Shown: positions 38,751 through 52,389 of the stretch, piece by piece
Layout of the letters: the number at the start of each line of letters is the position of its first letter
Position numbering within the stretch: the first letter of the stretch is position 1
Source: Mobula hypostoma
Taxonomy: Eukaryota
DNA length: 64,000 nucleotides
Reading direction: 5' to 3'
Assembly (NCBI RefSeq): GCF_963921235.1
Contig: NC_086108.1
Span: forward strand, 47,804,001 to 47,868,000
Position numbers and translations under genes: made by a program
The notes under the pieces: model-generated
What the model saw: only the letters and a program-made list of their open reading frames with translations
Told to the model about the DNA's origin: nothing
The model's database searches: none

Positions 38751-39960
38751 CAGGGGTCCCCAACCTTTTTCGCACTGCGGACCGGTTTCATATTGACAAT
38801 ATTCTTGCGGACCGGCCGACCGGGGGCGGGGAGGGGGTGGTGGTAGAGTTGCCAACGGACAAGAGTAGCAGTCAAATATGCTGGGTTTACCCGGAGAAAA
38901 ACTACAATGACCATGAAGCCTTGCGCGGGCACCAGTGTGCATGTGTGATTTGGCATGCATGTTCGATTTTTTTCTACAAATCGTTTCTGGCGATTCTGTT
39001 CGGGGGGGAGGAGTGGTGTTAGTCACGACAGAAATATTGGTGATAAGTGGCTAACACACTCAATTTCCTTTCTAAAAGGGTTTATCTAATGAATTTAATA
39101 TTAAACACACAGCGCATATTTTCCTCGCATGAATATAGTGATAAGTCAATTATCAGGGGAGCTTGAAGTAAGTGTTGAACGAACTTCCAGTAGAAGTGGT
39201 AGAGGCAGGTTCGATATTATCATTCAAAGAAAAATTGGATAGGTATGTGGACAGGAAAGAAATGCAGGGTTATGGGCTGAGTGCAGGTCGGTGGGACTAG
39301 GTGAAAGTAGCGTTCGGCACGGACTAGAAGGGGAGAGATGGCCTGTTTCCATACTGTAATTGTTATATGGTTATATAAGCCAATAGCAGCATAACATTTT
39401 AAGTAACGTTTGGATATTAAACACGCAGCACATGTTTTTCCCGTATGAACATATAAAATCATTGCAACACACCAATATCGCTGAATCAGTGGGAGCCCTG
39501 GGCTTGTTTTCCTGCAGCAACACGGTCTTATCGAAGGGTGATGGGAGACAGCGATAGTCCAACGGGGTTCCTTTTGTCCAGTCTGTTCTGCAGTTTCGTT
39601 TCTGTTGCATTCATTGCAGAGATATGTCAGAAATGGAAGCAACGTTTTCAGTGCTTTCGTGGCTAACTCAGTATTTTTAGTCTTGACTTTGATCCAGAAT
39701 GCCGGCAGAGATGTTATGTAAAACATACTTCCCAGCCCGCCGTCATTTGCAAGTTCGAGGAGTTGATCTCCTTCCCGCGCTGACATGGATGACGCGCGGG
39801 TAATGACCTCGCGTGCTTAATGGCTCAACAGTGGGCGTGACAGGGAATGAGGGAAGATGCAGCTGTCTCATATCGCCAAATCATATAGCTTCCTCACGGC
39901 CCAGTAGCACATGCTTTGCGGCCCGGTACCGGTCCACAGCCCTATGGTTGGGGACCGCTG
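38751..39960 (-). mobile_element. Non-autonomous hAT (Charlie-type) DNA transposon nested in the CR1
   Basis: TIRs CAGGGGTCCCCAACC / GGTTGGGGACCGCTG; 8-bp TSD ctgtagtt / ctccagtt; transposase C-terminal remnant SLPAFWIKVK...ATKALKTLLPF. Confidence 0.9.
39155..39374 (+). mobile_element. CR1 3' fragment nested inside the hAT
   Basis: gaacgaacttccagtagaagtggtagaggcagg...ggcctgtttccatactgtaattgttatatggtta; flanked by ataagtcaat / ataagccaat. Confidence 0.8.
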
Positions 39961-41567
39961 CTCCAGTTGGTTCCTCGACATGTTGGTTCAGAAAACTATC
40001 CCCCATACATTCCAAGAAATCCTCTTCCTCAGCACCCTTACCAATTTGGTTCACCCAATCTATATGTAGATTGAAGTCACCCATTATAACTGCTGTTCCT
40101 TTATTGCATGCATTTCTAATTTCCTGTTTAATGCCATCCACAACCTCACTACTGCTGTTAGGTGGCCTGTACACAACTCCCACCAGCGTTTTCTGCCCCT
40201 TAGTGTTATGCAGCTCTACCCATATCGATTCCGCATCCTCCCGGCTAATGTCCTTCCTTTCTATTGCGTTAATCTCCTCTCTAACCAGCAATGACACCCC
40301 ACCTCCTTTTCTTTCATGTCTATCCCTCCTGAATATTGAATATCCCTGAATGTTGAGCTCCCATCCTTGGTCACCCTGGAGCCATGTCTCTGTGATCCCA
40401 ACTATTTCATATTCATTAATAACTATCTGCACATTCAATTCATCCACCTTGTTACGAATGCTCCTTGCATTGACACACAAAGCCTTCAGGCTTGCTTTTA
40501 CAACACTCTTAGCCCTTATACAATTATGTTTAAAAGTGGCCCTTTCTGATTTTTGCCCTGGATTTGCCGGCCTGCCACTTTTACTTTTCACCTTACTACT
40601 TTTTGCTTCTACCTTCATTTTACACCCCTCTGTCTCTCTGCACTTGTTCCCATCCCCCTGCCACATTAGTTTAAATCCTCCTGAACAACAGTAGCAAATG
40701 CTCCCCCTAGGACATTGGTTCCAGTCCAGCCCAGGTGCAGACCGTCCTGTTTGTACCGGTCCCACCTCCTCCAGAACTGGTTCCAATGCCCCAGAAATTT
40801 GAATCCCTCCCCCTTGCACCATTTTACAAGCCACGTATTCATCTGAAATATCCTCCTATTTCTACTCTGACTAGCACGTGGCACTGGTAGTAATCCAGAG
40901 ATTATTACCTTTGTGGTCCTACTTTTTAGTTTATCTCCTAACTCCCTAAATTCACCTTGTAGGATCTCATCCCGTTTTTTACCTATATTGTTGGTACCTA
41001 TGTTCACCACGACCACTGGCTGTTCACCCTCCCACTCCAGAATGTCCTGCAGCCGCTCAGAGACATCCTTGACCCTTGCACCAGGGAGGCAACATACCCT
41101 CCTGGAGTCTCGTTTGCGGCCGCAGAAATGCCTATCTATTCCCCTTACAATCGAATCCCCTATCACTATAGCTCTCCCACTCCTTTTCCTTCCCTCCTGT
41201 GCCACAGAGCCATCCATGGCGCAATGAACTCGGCTGATGCTGCCTTCCCCTGATGAGACATCTCCCCCAGCAGTATCCAAAACAGTATAACTGTTTAGGA
41301 GGGAGATGACCTCAGGGGACTCCTGCACTACCTGCCTACTGCTACACTGTTTAGTGGCCACCCATTCCCTTTCTGCCTGTGTAGCCTTTACCTGCGGTGT
41401 GGCCAATAACTGAACGTGCTATTCAGGACTTTCTCAGCATCGTGGATGCTCCAGTATGAATCCAGTCGCAACTTTGAACTCAATGCTCCTATTTAGAAAG
41501 CCAAGTGTCCCAAATACTTCCTTTAACAGCTTTTAATTGTGCCTTGTCTCTTTCGAAATTTGTAATT

Positions 41568-42339
41568 CAGTGGATTCCAGTTATTTGGGCCATTGATTAA
41601 TTAGAGCAGCCGCTTATTTGGGACACCTCTTAAAGAACAGAAACTGATCGAGAAAATAGCTGGGATTCCCTTTGTTTATCTGGGACACTATGCCACTTAA
41701 TTGAGACAGGAGACTGTCGAACAGTTTCTAAAAAGCATCATCTGTGTGCACTTGTGTGGCCATTAGACACTGCAGCGTTCTTAGAGTGAACAGTTTTTAC
41801 ATAGCATCAATTGCGTGTATTTCTGTTCAAACACAATGATTTTTGTGTTAGTTGGCATTAAGACAATTCAGTACTGTTTTGCTCACTGCGGTTTCAAGCA
41901 TTGAAGCTGGGAGATGCCAGAAACAGCCAGAAGTGAAAATGAAATGATTTCACTACTTCATCAAGTTAGGAACTATGAAGAATTGAGGCAATCAATGGGG
42001 TCTGAGGTGCTTCAATGAAAAATGCTTTAACCTGCTACTTGCAATGGGCTAGCAGGGTGATACTGAACTGAACTAAACTGAATACTACTGGACTCATGTT
42101 TTGATGTTTGATATTCTATGTGTTGTCCGCTAGCTTTTTAGTACTCTAGTAGTATTGGTAGTGTTTGCATTTGTTTCATATTTCATTTAAACACATAATC
42201 GGTTACTCAGTTAAATGGTAGTTTGTCTTTTTTATATCTTTTTATCTTCTTCCATAAATACTTTGGCTAATTGGGGCAGTTGCTTAATTGAGCCAAAATG
42301 TACTGGTGCCGACATTGCCCAATTAAATGGAATCCACAG
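41568..42339. mobile_element. Non-autonomous pogo/Tigger-like DNA element
   Basis: About 23-bp imperfect TIRs, cagtggattccagttatttgggc / gcccaattaaatggaatccacag; no ORF. Confidence 0.65.
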
Positions 42340-44879
42340 AATATAATGCATTGGCCTTGCTCTTGTACTGCATGATAGATTCATTTACTGTATATATTGC
42401 TATTTACTCCATATTACACCAACAAAAAAAGATACTTCATACTCTGTTTGCCTATTTCATCAGCCTGTCAATGATGTCCTGACATCTACCACAGTCCTCA
42501 TTATTTACCATACTGTCTTGATCCTGTGCAGTAAGCGGACAAGACTTCCTGCACTGTGCTTAATGAAGTTTGCTGTTAGGAACAATCTTAATTGCAAAGA
42601 ATGCAAAGGCAGGTTTTATATAATTTGCAAGGAGCATTTCAGATCCCTTAAATCAGAAAATTAAGGTCAGTTTATTAGAAGTCAGATATTTTCTTCACAT
42701 ATTTTTGAAAGATAGCTTTTACGTGTTCCATCAAATTTCATGGATGTTTTTTCTGTTAAAAGTATGAATTGTGGATTGAGCTCTGTGTAATAATATTTAT
42801 ATTTAATATGTTTTAATTGTTTAATCATTTGATAGTGTATGAGTTAATTGTACTAACAAAACACTCAGTTAATTTTTTGTATAAGTTCTCAACATACTAT
42901 TCAAATTGCTGTAATTTTTGGTACAATTTATATTTAGGTTCTTTTCTTGTCATGTCCAATCAAGTCATTAATCTTCTCCATCTAATTCCTTCTCTCACAC
43001 CCAATCAGCTGTGGCCATTCTTGTTTACCCAAACCATTTGATCTTTGTCTTGATTTACTGAGTGCAGTCATTGTTTCTTTGCTTCATCCAGCTATGACTA
43101 CTGTTCCTCCAATTATTTTATTTCGGCTCAGTAACACACAACAATTGGGCCTGTATCTTACAATACAGGTTTCTTCACTTTTAGCTTTCAGATTGGGTGT
43201 TTCTGATGCTATTTGCTTGACTTAAAATTAAACAGTAGCTGAGCAGAGAACAATTCCCAAACCTTGGGCTTGTGCAATTTAAGTGTAAGATTAATGGGGC
43301 AAAAAATAAGTAACAACTTAGGACAGACGTAAAATAAAACATTTCAAATATGCAAATAAAATGTAAATTTGTATTAGGATTTCATACTAGTCAGTAAACC
43401 ATTTGGTTAAGCCAGAGATTATTTGTATTATTCTAGTTGGTGTTTGTTTTGTTATGAAGTCAAGCTTTCAATATAAACAAACTGTCCATTTTTTATTATT
43501 ATCTCTGGTGCCATTCTTTCTGTGAATGGAAGCACTAATTGGAAATATTCTATTCGAGACAGGTGCTCCCAAATATATTCCTGGAAAAGGACCAAGAGAT
43601 ACCTGCTGATATATAAATGCTGCCATGTTTAGTGGTAACATTTGACTTATTTACCTGTCACATCCGGTTTTAAGATACACTTTGCTCATTCCCCTTGCAA
43701 ATTTTATTTTTGTTGGATATGAACGTCAGCAGTTATTGCTATCCCAAACAGGCCTCGAGAATTTTGGTTTGGAATGCTGTTGTTCACTTCAAATGTTTGC
43801 ATGATTTGTATTTTTTTCTTTCTCTTGTGTATCAAGTGTTGGTTTAAAAAATTTTTTTTATTCTCCTATTTCCTCAATTGGGTCCTTTCGGGTTTCTTGC
43901 TTAGTGAGCGAGCAAATCTCAAGTTTGTATAATTTATAATACACTCTTTGATAATAAATGAATCCTGAATCTTGAAAATGCTGGTGAGCGCTTTCTTAAA
44001 TTGTGGTGAAGGTGGTCCCATAAAACTCGGCTAAGGAGTTTCAGGATTTAGATAATAGAATAGTCATATATTTCCAAGTCAGGGTGGTGTGCAACTTGGA
44101 GAGGAACCTGCAGGTAGGGGGTGCTCCCACGTATCTACTATCCTTGCCCTTCTCAGTGTTAGAGGTCACAGATTTGAGAATTGACAGAGTAACATGGGCA
44201 AGAAAGTAGATGCTGTACACTTCAGACTCATTTTCCTTTGTTATCTATGGGAGAGGTGAAGCAAGTGCTAAATTTCCCAGCATTTCCCAAGCTAATGATC
44301 AGTTGGTTAGTTTTTAAAAAAATGCTTCATATAATTCCTCCTGTTTTTTTTCACTTTCATGACTGTACTTGACACTGAAATAGAACTTGACATGAAATTC
44401 CGAAGATGAGCAGATGACATCTGGCAGATCAACAAGAAAGATGTAAAGGTTGTGAACAAGCAAACCCACAAAGCATGTAGAGGTCATTGAAAATGAAAGG
44501 CAGTGAGTCAAAGTTACTCAATCTGAGATGAGTCACTTAATGAAACACTGTCAGTATACGAAATATTTGTATTACTTAGAGACCAAGCAAAAGGATTTGA
44601 TCGTGGTGCAGGATACCACCCAATATGAAAAGTGTATTTGGGGGCAGTGGTAGAGAGTTATGTGGAAGATAGACAAGTAAATGTAGTAAAGATGATTAGA
44701 GCACATTATTTCAGCTTTAAAACTTGAAGATTGTATGAGAAAGCCTTAGCAAATCTCACAGTTCTGAAATCCAAAGGAAAAATATTCTAATGCATGCAAG
44801 AATTGAATTTTAATTTTAACATTGTGAGTACATGATGGTAGGTGCAGTATGTGCAATGGCATTTTTCATATTCATTGAA

Positions 44880-45460
44880 GTTAGATAAGTTCATGTTGAA
44901 GTTGTATAAAACTTTAGCGAGGCCTAATTTTGAGTATTGTGTGAGGTTCAGGTCACCTAGCTACAGGAAATATATCAATAAGATTGAAAGAGTACAGAGG
45001 AAATTTACAATGTTGTTGCCAGGTCCTGAGGATCTGAGTTGTAGGGAAAGGGTGAATAGGTTGGGACATTATTCCCTTGAGTGTAGGAGAATGAGGGGAG
45101 ATTTGGGAGAGATATATAAAATTATAAGGGGTATAGTTAGGGTAAATGAAAGCAGTTTTCTTCCACTGAGGTTAGGTGAGACCTGGAGATGATGGGTTAA
45201 GGATGAAAGGTGAAGTATTTAAGGGGAACATGAGGAGGAACATCTTCCTTCAGAGGGTAGTGAGATTGTGGAATGAGCTGCTAACGGAAGTGGTGGATGC
45301 CGATTTAATTTCAACATTTAAGAGAAGTTTGGATAAGTAGAGTACATGGATGTGGTATGTAAGGCCAGGTACAGGTGGATGCTAATAGGCAGAATAACAG
45401 TTCTGCATGAACTAGATGGGCTGAAGGGCCTGTTTCTGTGCTGTAGTAATCTGTGACTCT
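44880..45460 (+). mobile_element. CR1 3' fragment
   Basis: LYKTLARPNFEYCVRFRSP...RVQRKFTMLLPG, followed by the CR1 tail. Confidence 0.9.
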
Positions 45461-46440
45461 ATTTATAGGTTTTGATTATTACTGGAAAATCCAGCAGTTA
45501 TTATGCATTACAACTAGCCCTTGGGAATGTTTGGTGAACTCGTTGCTTGAACTCCTCTCCTGGTGAAGCGTTGTTGGGCAGTGACCTCTTGGGTTTAGAC
45601 TTAACAGTAGTAAAGGAAAATATATTTCAAGTAAGGTAGTGACATTTGCACAAGTCCTTGCCCTTGTTGGTTACGGTGATAATAGTCTCTGCAGACAATG
45701 TCAGTAGTTTTGGTAGTACATATTTGTAGATGGCCCATACTGCAGCAAAAGTGTAGAAATAGTAGAGGTTGTGAATGTTTAGAATTTTGATGGTGTTCAG
45801 GATCCAGCATTTCTGAATTATGTGAATATTCCAGACACTAACTCAAACATGAACAGTCTTCAGTTCTTAATATAAGTTGCAAGTAGTTTGAAAATAAGAG
45901 GGCAGCTTTGTTAACAAACAGTACTATCTACAGAGCACGGGTTAGCAGCACATAGCAAGAGTTATGGTTTGCGAAGTGAACTGACCATGAGATGTTCTTG
46001 TATGCATCATCTAAATGTTAGACAATGGAGGAACGTTAGTTGGTCTATATCAAACTAGGCAGCTATGGCTAAGTTATTTTGCACCATTGGGACTGAGTTC
46101 AAGGAAGTTTCCAGACCACACTGATACTTTTTTCACTTAGCACATCAAATATTGTCACAAGCATACTTACTCAATCAATTATTGGCATATTTTGTATTCA
46201 CCAAGTCATCTCTCAACATTAATTTTGGCTGGCTGGGTTCTCAGTCCTCAAGCTTTGACACCATCCTTGTGAATTACGTTATTCTAGCAAAGGTGTTTAA
46301 ACATTAAGGTGTGTCCCATTGTAGATATGTAACTCAATAGAAACACTGCCAGGCTCAAAATATTGAAGTAAACAATGCCATTGTAGCTACTGAACTTGTA
46401 TCAAATGGCCTCTGTTACCTTTGTCCTTAAGAGTATAAAA

Positions 46441-46725
46441 GGGCACCACTGTAGCGTAGCAGTTGACGCGACCCTATTACAGCTCAGGGTGTTGGAGTTT
46501 GGAGTTCAACTCTGACATCATCTGTAAGGAGTTTGTTCATTCTCTCCATGACCATGTGGGTTTCCTCAGCATAGTGTGATTTCCTCCCACATTACAAAGA
46601 TGTACCAGTTAGTAGGTTAATTGGTCAATGTCAATTGTCATGTGATTAAGCTAATGTTGCTGGGCAACACAGTTTGTAGGACCAGAAGAGCCTGTTCCAT
46701 GCTGTATCTCTAAGTAAAAATAAAG
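46441..46725 (+). mobile_element. tRNA-derived V-SINE (HE1-like) with a CR1-type tail
   Basis: tRNA-like head, V-domain-like gtgggtttcctc...tttcctcccaca, tail gcctgttccatgctgtatctctaa. Confidence 0.75.
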
Positions 46726-47189
46726 AAACTTGATGTACTTTGAGTCTGGGAGAATCCTTTATGAAGGTCTCCAGGAGAATACCTACTTGTCATGATGAAT
46801 AGATGAATAACGACCATTTATATCAATCAACTTTAGTGTCTCTCTGGTGACTCAGTTCACTGTCACAACAGATAGTGTGCCATTCAACTGAGTGCTCAAA
46901 TGTTGGATAGTTTTTAGAGTTGTACATCCAGGTAGATAGAGCGAACACCCAACACACTTCTGTCTTTTAAATGGTGGAAAGATTGGAGGGGGGGGGGATG
47001 AAATCAATAGGTCTATTATTCACAGAACATTTTTGTGAATAATGTTTTTGTAGTATTTTTATGTAGCTGGTTAATGACGACCTATGTGGTTATCAGAGGT
47101 TGAAGGTTCAACAATGGTAAGGCATTGTAATTGTCATAGAATTCTACCGCACAGAAATTTCTCTTTCAGCCCAACTTCCACAATGCTCC

Positions 47190-48200
47190 AAGATGGCGCT
47201 GATCTGTGACCTTCATTGAGTTGCAGCTCAGAATTAATTGTTTTTAAAATGTTATCTAGGTTCATGAGGATGAGGACACAGGGGAGTTAAGGGTCATGTT
47301 ACGGTTTAGGGACAGGGATGTAGGGGAATTAGAGATCAGGCCAGAGTCCATCTCCACTTTGTATTCAAAGACTAGCAAGATGGACATGGGACATCCGTGG
47401 TCGGATGTCGGATGTCGGATATCAGAATGGCAGAGAGTGGATGACGGTCCTCCCTGGTCAGCAAATTGTCAGCATGTTCCAGAGTCATTGCTTAGCAGGA
47501 GAAATGAGTCCCTGTGACCACCCCAACAAGTCCGGAGTTTGAAGTCAAGTGTTGGGGTACCATCATCGGCAAGTCTGGAGTTCAAGGCCTAGTGTTTGAT
47601 GAATGACATGTGCTGAAATTGATGCTGAGGATCAAGGCCCAAGGGTTGAATGGGAAGTACAGAATTGGAGGCCTGTTGGCTGGAGCCAAGTCTATGAATC
47701 TCTGCGAGTCCACTGGGGAGGTCTAAGCCCAATGTCTGCAGGCCCAAGTCTGTGTTTGTCGGAGGCTGGAGGCCTATCCCAGGGTTAAAGGGCTGTGTAT
47801 GTTCATGGATGGGAGGGAGGAAGGGACTTGTTTTGCTGTTGTTATTCTGTTCTGTGTTGTTCTGCTGAGCATTGTGGGCATGTTATGTTGGAGCCAGAAT
47901 GTGTGGCAACACGTGTGGGCTGCTGGTAGCACACCCTTAGATGTGTTTATAGTTCATGCAAATGACACATTTCACTCTTTGTTTCAATGTACACATGACA
48001 AATAAATTTGAATCTTCAAAGTTCTAAGAAAATTTATTATCAAAGTACATATATCTCACCATATACTACCCTGAGATTCATTTTCTTGCGGGTATTTGTG
48101 GTAAATAGAAAGAAACACAATAGAATCAATGAGAGAATGCCAACTACAGAGACAGACAAACAACAAATGTGCAAAAAACAACAACCTGTGCAAATACAAA
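47190..48200. repeat. Unclassified retroposon (plus strand) abutting an inverted Rex1-like LINE tail
   Basis: aagatggcg start and aataaatttgaatctt end, followed by the reverse complement of the tail seen at 63950-64000. Confidence 0.45.
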
Positions 48201-48239
48201 AACAAAAGAAAGAAAAAAACTCCCAAACTTTGACCATGA

Positions 48240-48590
48240 TGCCTAAACCCATTTGCTGGCTTGAGGCTTATATCCCTTTATCCCCTTCCCATCCATGTAC
48301 CTATCTAAATGCCTCTTAAATGTTGAATTGTATCTGCAGGAAAATGGAGTTGAGAGGGATGGTAAATCAGCCATGATCAAATGTAGCAGACTTAATGGAC
48401 CAACTGCCTCCATCGTCTCCTCTGGCAACTTCTTGCAGATAATCACCTCTCTCTGTGTGATAAGCCCCTCAGATCCCTTTTAAATTTCTCCACTTTCATT
48501 TTAAACCTGTGCTCTCCAGTTCTAGACTCCCCTGCTCTAGGGAAAAATATTCTATCTATCCTATCAATGTCCATGATGATTTTATAAACT
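48240..48590 (-). mobile_element. Degraded CR1 3' fragments
   Basis: TFKRHLDRYMDGKGIKGY. Confidence 0.7.
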
Positions 48591-48975
48591 TTTCTAAGTT
48601 AAGGGTGATGACCAGTCTCTCATTGGAAATTTTCATTATATCTTATCAGCCCCAGCCTGGACATTGTCTAGTTGTATTTAGGCATGTACTGCTTCATTTT
48701 TCGAGAAGATGCAAAAGATTCAATATTGTACCATCTTGAGGAAGGCTGCCATCATCTCCATATTTCCACCACTGAAATTAAAGAGGTAAATTTGGATTAG
48801 ATTGTTGTAAAGGAAAAGCACTAAGAGAAATATTTGTTGAAAGCACCTGTGATTAGTCTTGTAGATCATAGAGGGCGAAATACCAAGCAATAAAAACAAA
48901 AGGATATTATATTCTCCAGGTTTATTGTTTATTATAGATGATAATCTGCTCCTCGCTATTTTAGCCCTCCAGAGA

Positions 48976-49298
48976 GGGCTTTTTCCACTGAGGCAAGGGG
49001 AGAAAAAAACCAGAAGACATGGGTTAAGGGTGAGGGGGGAAAAGTTGAAAGGGAACATTAGGGGGGGCTTCTTCACACAGAGAGCAGTGGGAGTATGGAA
49101 TGAGCTGCCAGACGAGGTGGTAAATGCGGGTTCTTTTTTATCATTTAAGAATAAATTGGACAGATACATGGATGGGAGGTGTATGGAGGGATATGGTCCG
49201 TGTGCAGCTCAGTGGGAATAGGCAGAAAATGGTTCGGCACAGCCAAGAAGGGCCAAAAGGCCTGTTTCTGTGCTGTAGTTTTTCTATGGTTTTCTATG
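48976..49298 (+). mobile_element. Young CR1 3' fragment, near-identical to 295-610
   Basis: Direct alignment by eye; FFTQRAVGVWNELP. Confidence 0.92.
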
Positions 49299-49849
49299 GA
49301 GTGTGCTTCCTTCAATGCAGTCTCCACTGTCACAAACCCATGATGCTGAAGTGTATTACTGTAGATATTTTGAGAATCTGTCAATATGAATGGAATTTAG
49401 GGTATTGAAAGGAAGATTATAAATAGTAATGAGCGTAAAGGTGGAAGGGGAAGGAGGAGTACTGCGGTGCAGTAATGCAGGGTGGGTAATATGATCTGAG
49501 AATATAGATGGAGGCATAAACAAAACCAAAAAGTTTTTTTATATTCTCTTTCCCGTGGGGCTTAATGACCTTTTTGGGCCATTGCAGCCATATTCTTTAC
49601 ACATTGCCTCATGGTTTTATACTATTCTCAACAGCTATAGGCTTTCCTGCTATTTGAAAAAAAGGAGCATGATTCCTACACCCTGAAATCATGGTCTCCT
49701 TGTTGTAGATGCTAGAAACTTTATATCAAGAATGTACTTTTCTGTCTAAAATGGCCTGCAGACGTCATTCTTTTCTTTTGTTCTCTTCCTAGTCTCTTAC
49801 CTCTCAACCTCCTGTAAAGGAGGAAGATGGTGAATAATGCTTGGTTTTG

Positions 49850-50095
49850 AGTCATAGAGCACAGAAGCAGACCTTTCAAGCCAAATGTCCACGCTAGCCC
49901 GGATTCCAATCTGCACTAATCCAATTTGCCTGCATTTGGCCCATATCCCTTTAACTCCTCGGTTAATGGTAAGGTGTCCATGGCATAAAAGAGAGTTGGG
50001 AATCCCTGCTCTAAACTTTTCCTGTCTATGCACCAGTTCAACTAGCTTTTAAATGTTGTTACTGTACAGTACCTGCCTCGTCCACTTGCTCTGGT
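49850..50095 (-). mobile_element. Degraded CR1 3' tail
   Basis: gagtcatagagcacagaagcagaccttt...gtacctgcctcgtccactt. Confidence 0.6.
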
Positions 50096-52389
50096 CAAAG
50101 GGAGAAAATATGTCTCAAGCTGCTGGCTACAGCTCGGTAGTTTTATGGATGTCATATTTTGTTACACATGCATAGCTCCAAAGGGATGCAGGACGATGCT
50201 TAAGGTTTCCTGACACATGCACATGCTCAGAAGGGCTCTTGTTTTTCATGCCAGGAGTCACTCTAGATATCAGCAATTTGCCAGTACATCTGCAGAACTG
50301 ATGAGAATGTATCTTGTTAATCCAGAATGCTTTAGGAGAAACAGTTTGCCCAGGATGTCCTGGCTCATCTGAAAGTCTGTCCTGGAAAAAAAATGGTGCC
50401 TTCCTTTAAGAGTCGCTGATAGTTTTGAAGTGTGGTCACAAAGGTCTGATATTTGGTCAGTTGATTCTCATCCAGGCCTGTACCCAATGGTTAGTGGTAC
50501 AGAAGTGCTGACTACACTCCTAGTTCATGGTAATTATCAGATGGTATAAATATTAGTTGTTGCCTGAATCAACACTAATAGGAGTGTACAGTTTCTGAAC
50601 ATGATCAGATTTCTGGCTCTAAGTGTCACCAAGCAATGTAATCATGGAGAACATTAGATTCCTGTGTATTGGTTTACAGTTGGCATGAGTTGCCTCTAAC
50701 TGGCACTTCCTCTGTTTACAATTATTTGATCCCATTTCCACTTTTAGACGATTGAAAGTAGTGGTTCTAGTTTTGTACACAAGCAAGGTATTTGAATATA
50801 GCACTTTCTCAATGCATCAGTATTTTAAAGTATTACTGTAGTGGCGCTACATGTTATATTTCTGGCTGATTTCCATGCAATTTTTAAAGATCCAAGTGAG
50901 CAATTATTATCATTTAATTTTATGCCTGATAATCCTTAAGTTAATTCTTAAGACTTCTGTGGTAAATTGACTGCCAGAAATCCTCAGTAAATCAAGAAGA
51001 TTTCATAAGAAGAATTACATATCTCAATGACTTCCAAAATGCTTAGTTGAAATAATTTGCCAAAGATCAATTCGAATGATAACTAAAAACAGGTGTTTTT
51101 CTCATCAAAATTTGTTAGCTTATTATCCATGCAAGGGGAATTTCTTTGTGAATTGTCCTCAATAATATACAGCTTCAAAAATAACAGATAAAAAGGTGAT
51201 TGTGTAGTGTTTTTTTTTGTCTCCTCCATATTTCATCCTCCCCTCTGAAGATGCTGGGGGTAAGTGTGAGTCAGTGTTATAGTGAATAGTGAATTGGCAG
51301 CCTGATGTACATTTCTTTAAAACTGATACCTGAGTCACTGACACTGACTATTGCTGTTTATCTCCCGTTTTGAGGAGCTAAAATATTTCAAGTAAAAGGG
51401 GTAAAAAACACATAATGTCCATTTACCAGGATGTATGGATGTATTGTTTTGAAAATGCCATATCTTAAATACTGACTACAAAAACTAATTTCCCTGTAGT
51501 TCCTTTGAAATAATGAAGTGTACACATTTCCATCAATTGAGAGGAATTATGGAGAATCCTTCTCAAATTTGGATAGTTCTCAGAAACTTATAAACTCCTT
51601 GCATTTGTTACATGACACACACGAGCAATGATCCTAACAAATGAGTCCACCAACAACATTTGCCAATATAGACCAGGTTCTAGCAGGCCTATATCATTAT
51701 TTCAACCTTCTTCTCCATCTTCCTTCAGAAACACATTCAGTGCCAGACATGGAGTGGTATTGATCAATAGAACAAGTGACAAACTGTTCTTTCTTTTTGG
51801 TTTTCACTCCAGAACCATGATCACCTCAATATTATTCATCAAGTTACATTATGACGAACCTTGTATACAAGCACAACTGAGCTCAGGCTCCAATTCATCA
51901 TTGACTCATTCACTGAAGCGTTTAAACAATAGATTTGGTAATAAACATACAGAAGGCAAATATACCTTTCCCATTCTTAGCTGTAACATAAACCAGGTGA
52001 GGTACTGATTCAGTTTCTAAGTTTCAGGATCCACCTCTCATAGGGGAAGACATTGATGACAAATTTCATCAATGATCTCAAACTGATGAAAATGATGTTT
52101 GAAAGCAAGAACTTCATACAAGTCACCAAGTTCATTGTTTGTTGAGCAACAAGGATCCCTCCTCCTTGTCAGGAAAACCTATAGTAGTCATGTGAAAACA
52201 CTGGAAAAATATGAACAATATTGTCTCATAAAGATCCCTCTAAATTGTATGGTCAACAGGCAAACCAATGCCATTATCTTCTCAGAGGTCAACATCCTCA
52301 GCATCCTACACCCTGGTCACTAGCAGTCTGTTCTGGTACATTTTCTGTACGTCTGACAGTGAAATGTGCCATCTAATCCCAGCTCTGTC

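Larger units (their letters stand above)
36400..41470 (-). mobile_element. Near-full-length CR1 LINE (ORF1 esterase; ORF2 APE and RT), interrupted by a hAT insertion
   Basis: ORF1 40666-41406: IVIGDSIVRG, CLPGARV, NIGTNN, DGLHL. APE: CVNARSIRNK, ITETWL, GDFN. RT 36961-37674: SGVPQGSVLGP, FADDTKL. CR1 3' tail at 36400. Few frameshifts or stops. Confidence 0.96.

Noticed and set aside
39220..39786. 188-aa ORF as a domesticated transposase gene
   Set aside because: Only a short hAT C-terminal remnant followed by frameshifted sequence, inside a TIR-bounded element
39881..40834. 317-aa ORF as a standalone gene
   Set aside because: It is the CR1 endonuclease region running into the hAT terminus
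36884..41227. Plus-strand ORFs at 36884, 37169, 39813, 40350 and 40913
   Set aside because: Antisense shadows of the CR1 coding frames
46441..46520. tRNA gene
   Set aside because: A degenerate tRNA-like SINE head with no cloverleaf, continuing into the SINE body; the same applies at 53625 and 57985
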